A DNA stretch of 63,388 nucleotides, filler included, from Lenisia limosa (taxonomy: Eukaryota; Protista; Breviatea): NCBI GenBank assembly GCA_001655205.1. It is 13 parts of 13 records of this genome, joined end to end, with 100 filler letters (N's around TTAATTAATTAA, not from the genome) between each part and the next. Parts side by side here need not be neighbours in the genome. Positions count along the whole stretch, not along the records: positions 54,971 to 61,261 come from LPNZ01006907.1; positions 61,362 to 63,388 come from LPNZ01004721.1; 11 more parts are not named here. One strand, given 5' to 3'. The translations under genes and the position numbers were made by a program. How positions within the stretch are numbered: the first letter of the stretch is position 1; every line of letters starts with the position of its first letter. The notes below the pieces were generated by a model, which was given only the letters and a program-made list of their open reading frames with translations, did no database searches and was not told where the DNA came from. Below, in pieces: positions 60,976 through 63,388 of the stretch.

Positions 60976-61439
60976 TAAAGTTGTTAACACGGCAGAAACC
61001 TGACGCGTCTCTTACGCCAGGCGTCTGTGCATCGCTTCTCAAGTGTTAGGAAATCAGCGCAACGCTTCCTTCTGACCATCCATCAAATCAACAGGCCCCT
61101 AATGGACGTTTGCGGTGTTTTGCAGGACTGATTCGATAACTCTGTATCTTATGATAAAAGTTACATTGTCAATTTTTGAGAAGCGTCTGAGATGAATGGA
61201 TCAACGTTGTGCTGACATTGTAGGTACAACGTTGTGCTGACATTGTAGGTACAACGTTGTGNNNNNNNNNNNNNNNNNNNNNNNNNNNNNNNNNNNNNNN
61301 NNNNNTTAATTAATTAANNNNNNNNNNNNNNNNNNNNNNNNNNNNNNNNNNNNNNNNNNNNCAGAGTGTCATTGGACTCGGTGAGAGGGATAATAAGATT
61401 CAGAGTGTCATTGGACTCGGTATGGAGAGGGGGTAGAAT

Positions 61440-61539
61440 TATGGCTTCACTTCGGTTCAAAAAAAGACTGTGTTTCTCGATAAATCCTCGAAAACTATCG
61501 ATATTTTATCGGTCTTTTTCGGACCGAAGTGAAGCCCTT
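61440..61539. mobile_element. MITE family A with perfect 8-bp TSD
   Basis: TSD ggtagaat at 61432-61439 and 61540-61547. Confidence 0.9.
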
Positions 61540-62064
61540 GGTAGAATGGAAAACAAAAACCCCAGAGCGGGAGAGAGGGAGGGGTAATAATATTTAGAGT
61601 TGGAGGAGGAGGGGGGGGGGGTTCCTGGGGACTTTCAGCAAAATTGCTGATTTAAAGTCACAATTTCCCATTTTTTGTGAATGACTGAATTTTGATAAAT
61701 TATCAATAGAAGTTTTCTGGTCTTTTTCGTGTAAAGTCCTTTTTGTAACACGATGCCTCACTCTAATATCTGGAGTGCTTTTTTCGATAAATCCTTGGTT
61801 TTATTCTGAGTTATTGCTATTTTGTTCATGCTCATGTTTATGTGATATTTTCTCACTTCTTTCAGCTTGGGTCGGAACAATTTGCAGGTTGGAGGGGCAT
61901 TTTTAGTTTAGTTATTGGTTGGTTCGAAAAAAGACTGAATTTCTCGATAAATCCTCACTTTACCAGTATTTTTCGAACCGAAGTGTCATATTTACAATCC
62001 AATATCCCTTATAAGCGTGATGGTGTGGATGGCTGCGGCCAGATACAACCTTATGTAACTGGGT

Positions 62065-62230
62065 AGTCTTGACCTATTTTCCTTGGGAAATCATATTAAA
62101 TCGGTCAAGACTTATCCCAGTATATAGCAAATCGGTCATGACTTAGCCCGGTATCACATAGCAAATTGGTAAAGACTTATCCCGGTCACTGTAATCACAT
62201 AATCGGTCAAGACTTATCTTGGTCACTGTA
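62065..62230. mobile_element. Family C array with tandemly amplified right arm
   Basis: Four repeats of aaatcggtcaagacttatcc, two of them ending ggtcactgta. Confidence 0.8.
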
Positions 62231-63206
62231 TGTATAAAAAATTAGGTCCACAACCATTTACCCTTGGAACATTAAAAAAATGGTGTGACTTTTCACACCC
62301 ATTTACCCCGTAGTTCTACCCATGCCTCCTCCGTGAACCAGTTTACTAGCAGCACCAGCGCTCCTCGAACCTCAAAAACCATGAGCCATGAAGTTGGGGG
62401 GTATGGCGTATCTGTGAAAAACAAATTGTAAAAAAAAAACAAGGGGGGGGGGGGNNNNNNNNNNNNNNNNNNNNNNNNNNNNNNNNNNNNNNNNNNNNNN
62501 NNNNNNNNNNNNNNNNNNNNNNNNNNNNNNNNNNNNNNNNNNNNNNNNNNNNNNNGGGAGAGCGTTAACGGAATGTAGCAATTTCCTAATAACTTTATTT
62601 CCTTATTTCTTGATAACTGTATAGCCTCATTTTCTTACAGCAATATAACATTATTGCCTTATAAAACTTTTTCCTTATAACATTATGTTCTATCATTATT
62701 TCCTTATCCTGTTATAGCTTGGACACAACTTTGGATGCCCTCACATTTCGACCTCTAATTATGTAAGCGGTCTTTTGTGCCCAAGTTTTTGATACTCTCC
62801 CCCCTTCCTTCCATATGTGTTACTTACTCGGGATGCCGTAGTGCAGAAGCAACGAGCCTGGCCTTTGTTTTTTTTTTTTTTTTTTTTTNNNNNNNNNNNN
62901 NNNNNNNNNNNNNNNNNNNNNNNNNNNNNNNNNNNNNNNNNNNNNNNNNNNNNNNNNNNNNNNNNNNNNNNNNNNNNNNNNNNNNNNNNNNNNNNNNNNN
63001 NNNNNNNNNNNNNNNNNNNNNNNNNNNNNNNNNNNNNNNNNNNNNNNNNNNNNNTTCCAATGACGTTATTGATGGTACAATTGAGTCTACGTCTTGTTTA
63101 ACAAAGAGTGAGTGAGGGGTGTAATCGTTTAACAAGTGGGGATGGCGGTAATACTGTAATCTGAGGTGTAAATGATTAAATGACATAATCTAGGGATAGA
63201 AGTATT

Positions 63207-63333
63207 TAGGGCTTCACTTCGATTCGAAAAAGACTGAATATCTCGCTAACTAGGGCTTCACGGTTCGAAAAAAGAATTGTTCGATAAATCTTCGAAAATT
63301 TTCTGGTATTTTTCGAACGGAAGTGAAACCCTA
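63207..63333. mobile_element. MITE family A with a duplicated left end
   Basis: tagggcttcac at both 63207 and 63251, one right end gaagtgaaacccta. Confidence 0.8.
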
Positions 63334-63388
63334 ATATATATACGCTTCAATTAAAATGAAGTATATGCCGACTAACACATTCAGCGCC

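Noticed and set aside
61203-61261. 25-bp tandem repeat containing AG|GT, as an intron-gain-by-duplication case
   Set aside because: It is not demonstrably within an exon, is truncated by the scaffold end, and the unit is very short.
1760-61317. Twelve TTAATTAATTAA palindromes at irregular spacing
   Set aside because: Each sits between fixed-length N pads and has stops in all frames, so they are concatenation linkers. Gene neighbourhoods across them are meaningless.
607-61587. Recurring peptide KRLNFSINPRKLSIF in many small ORFs, suggesting a protein family
   Set aside because: It is the chance translation of MITE family A.
3429-63186. ORFs containing long X runs
   Set aside because: They stay open only because N bases hide stop codons.
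1-63388. Assigning a species, and looking for rRNA, tRNA or CRISPR features
   Set aside because: No diagnostic marker gene is present, and I found no recognisable rRNA, tRNA or CRISPR sequence by eye.

Overview
Fragmented eukaryotic draft assembly, probably an intron-rich protist. The organism cannot be named from sequence alone. The window is 13 unrelated scaffolds joined by 12 artificial N-TTAATTAATTAA-N linkers, with many internal N gaps next to poly-G/poly-C runs. The ORF track is mostly uninformative because genes are split into short exons, so all gene models here were spliced by hand at GT-AG junctions. Recognisable genes are a stand-alone SPX protein, an STPG2-like PG-repeat protein, a fibrinogen-like motif protein, a core-only cystathionine beta-synthase, the FCP1/CTDP1 phosphatase, two pieces of PSME4/PA200, a NifS/IscS-type cysteine desulfurase fragment, an ankyrin fragment, a decayed DDE transposase-like gene and a protein with two tandem MACPF domains. 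Non-coding DNA holds four repeat families: A, a ~100-bp hairpin MITE with 8-bp TSDs (hAT-like, roughly 35 copies); B, a ~170-bp non-TIR element with a C(UUCG)G hairpin; C, a TA|CAGT hairpin MITE (Tc1/pogo-like); D, a conserved module found only on the sense strand of introns, mostly just before the 3' splice site. Many introns also start with a G-run and end with a C-run, and exon-end/donor duplications recur. Copy counts were made by eye and coordinates of partial genes are approximate.
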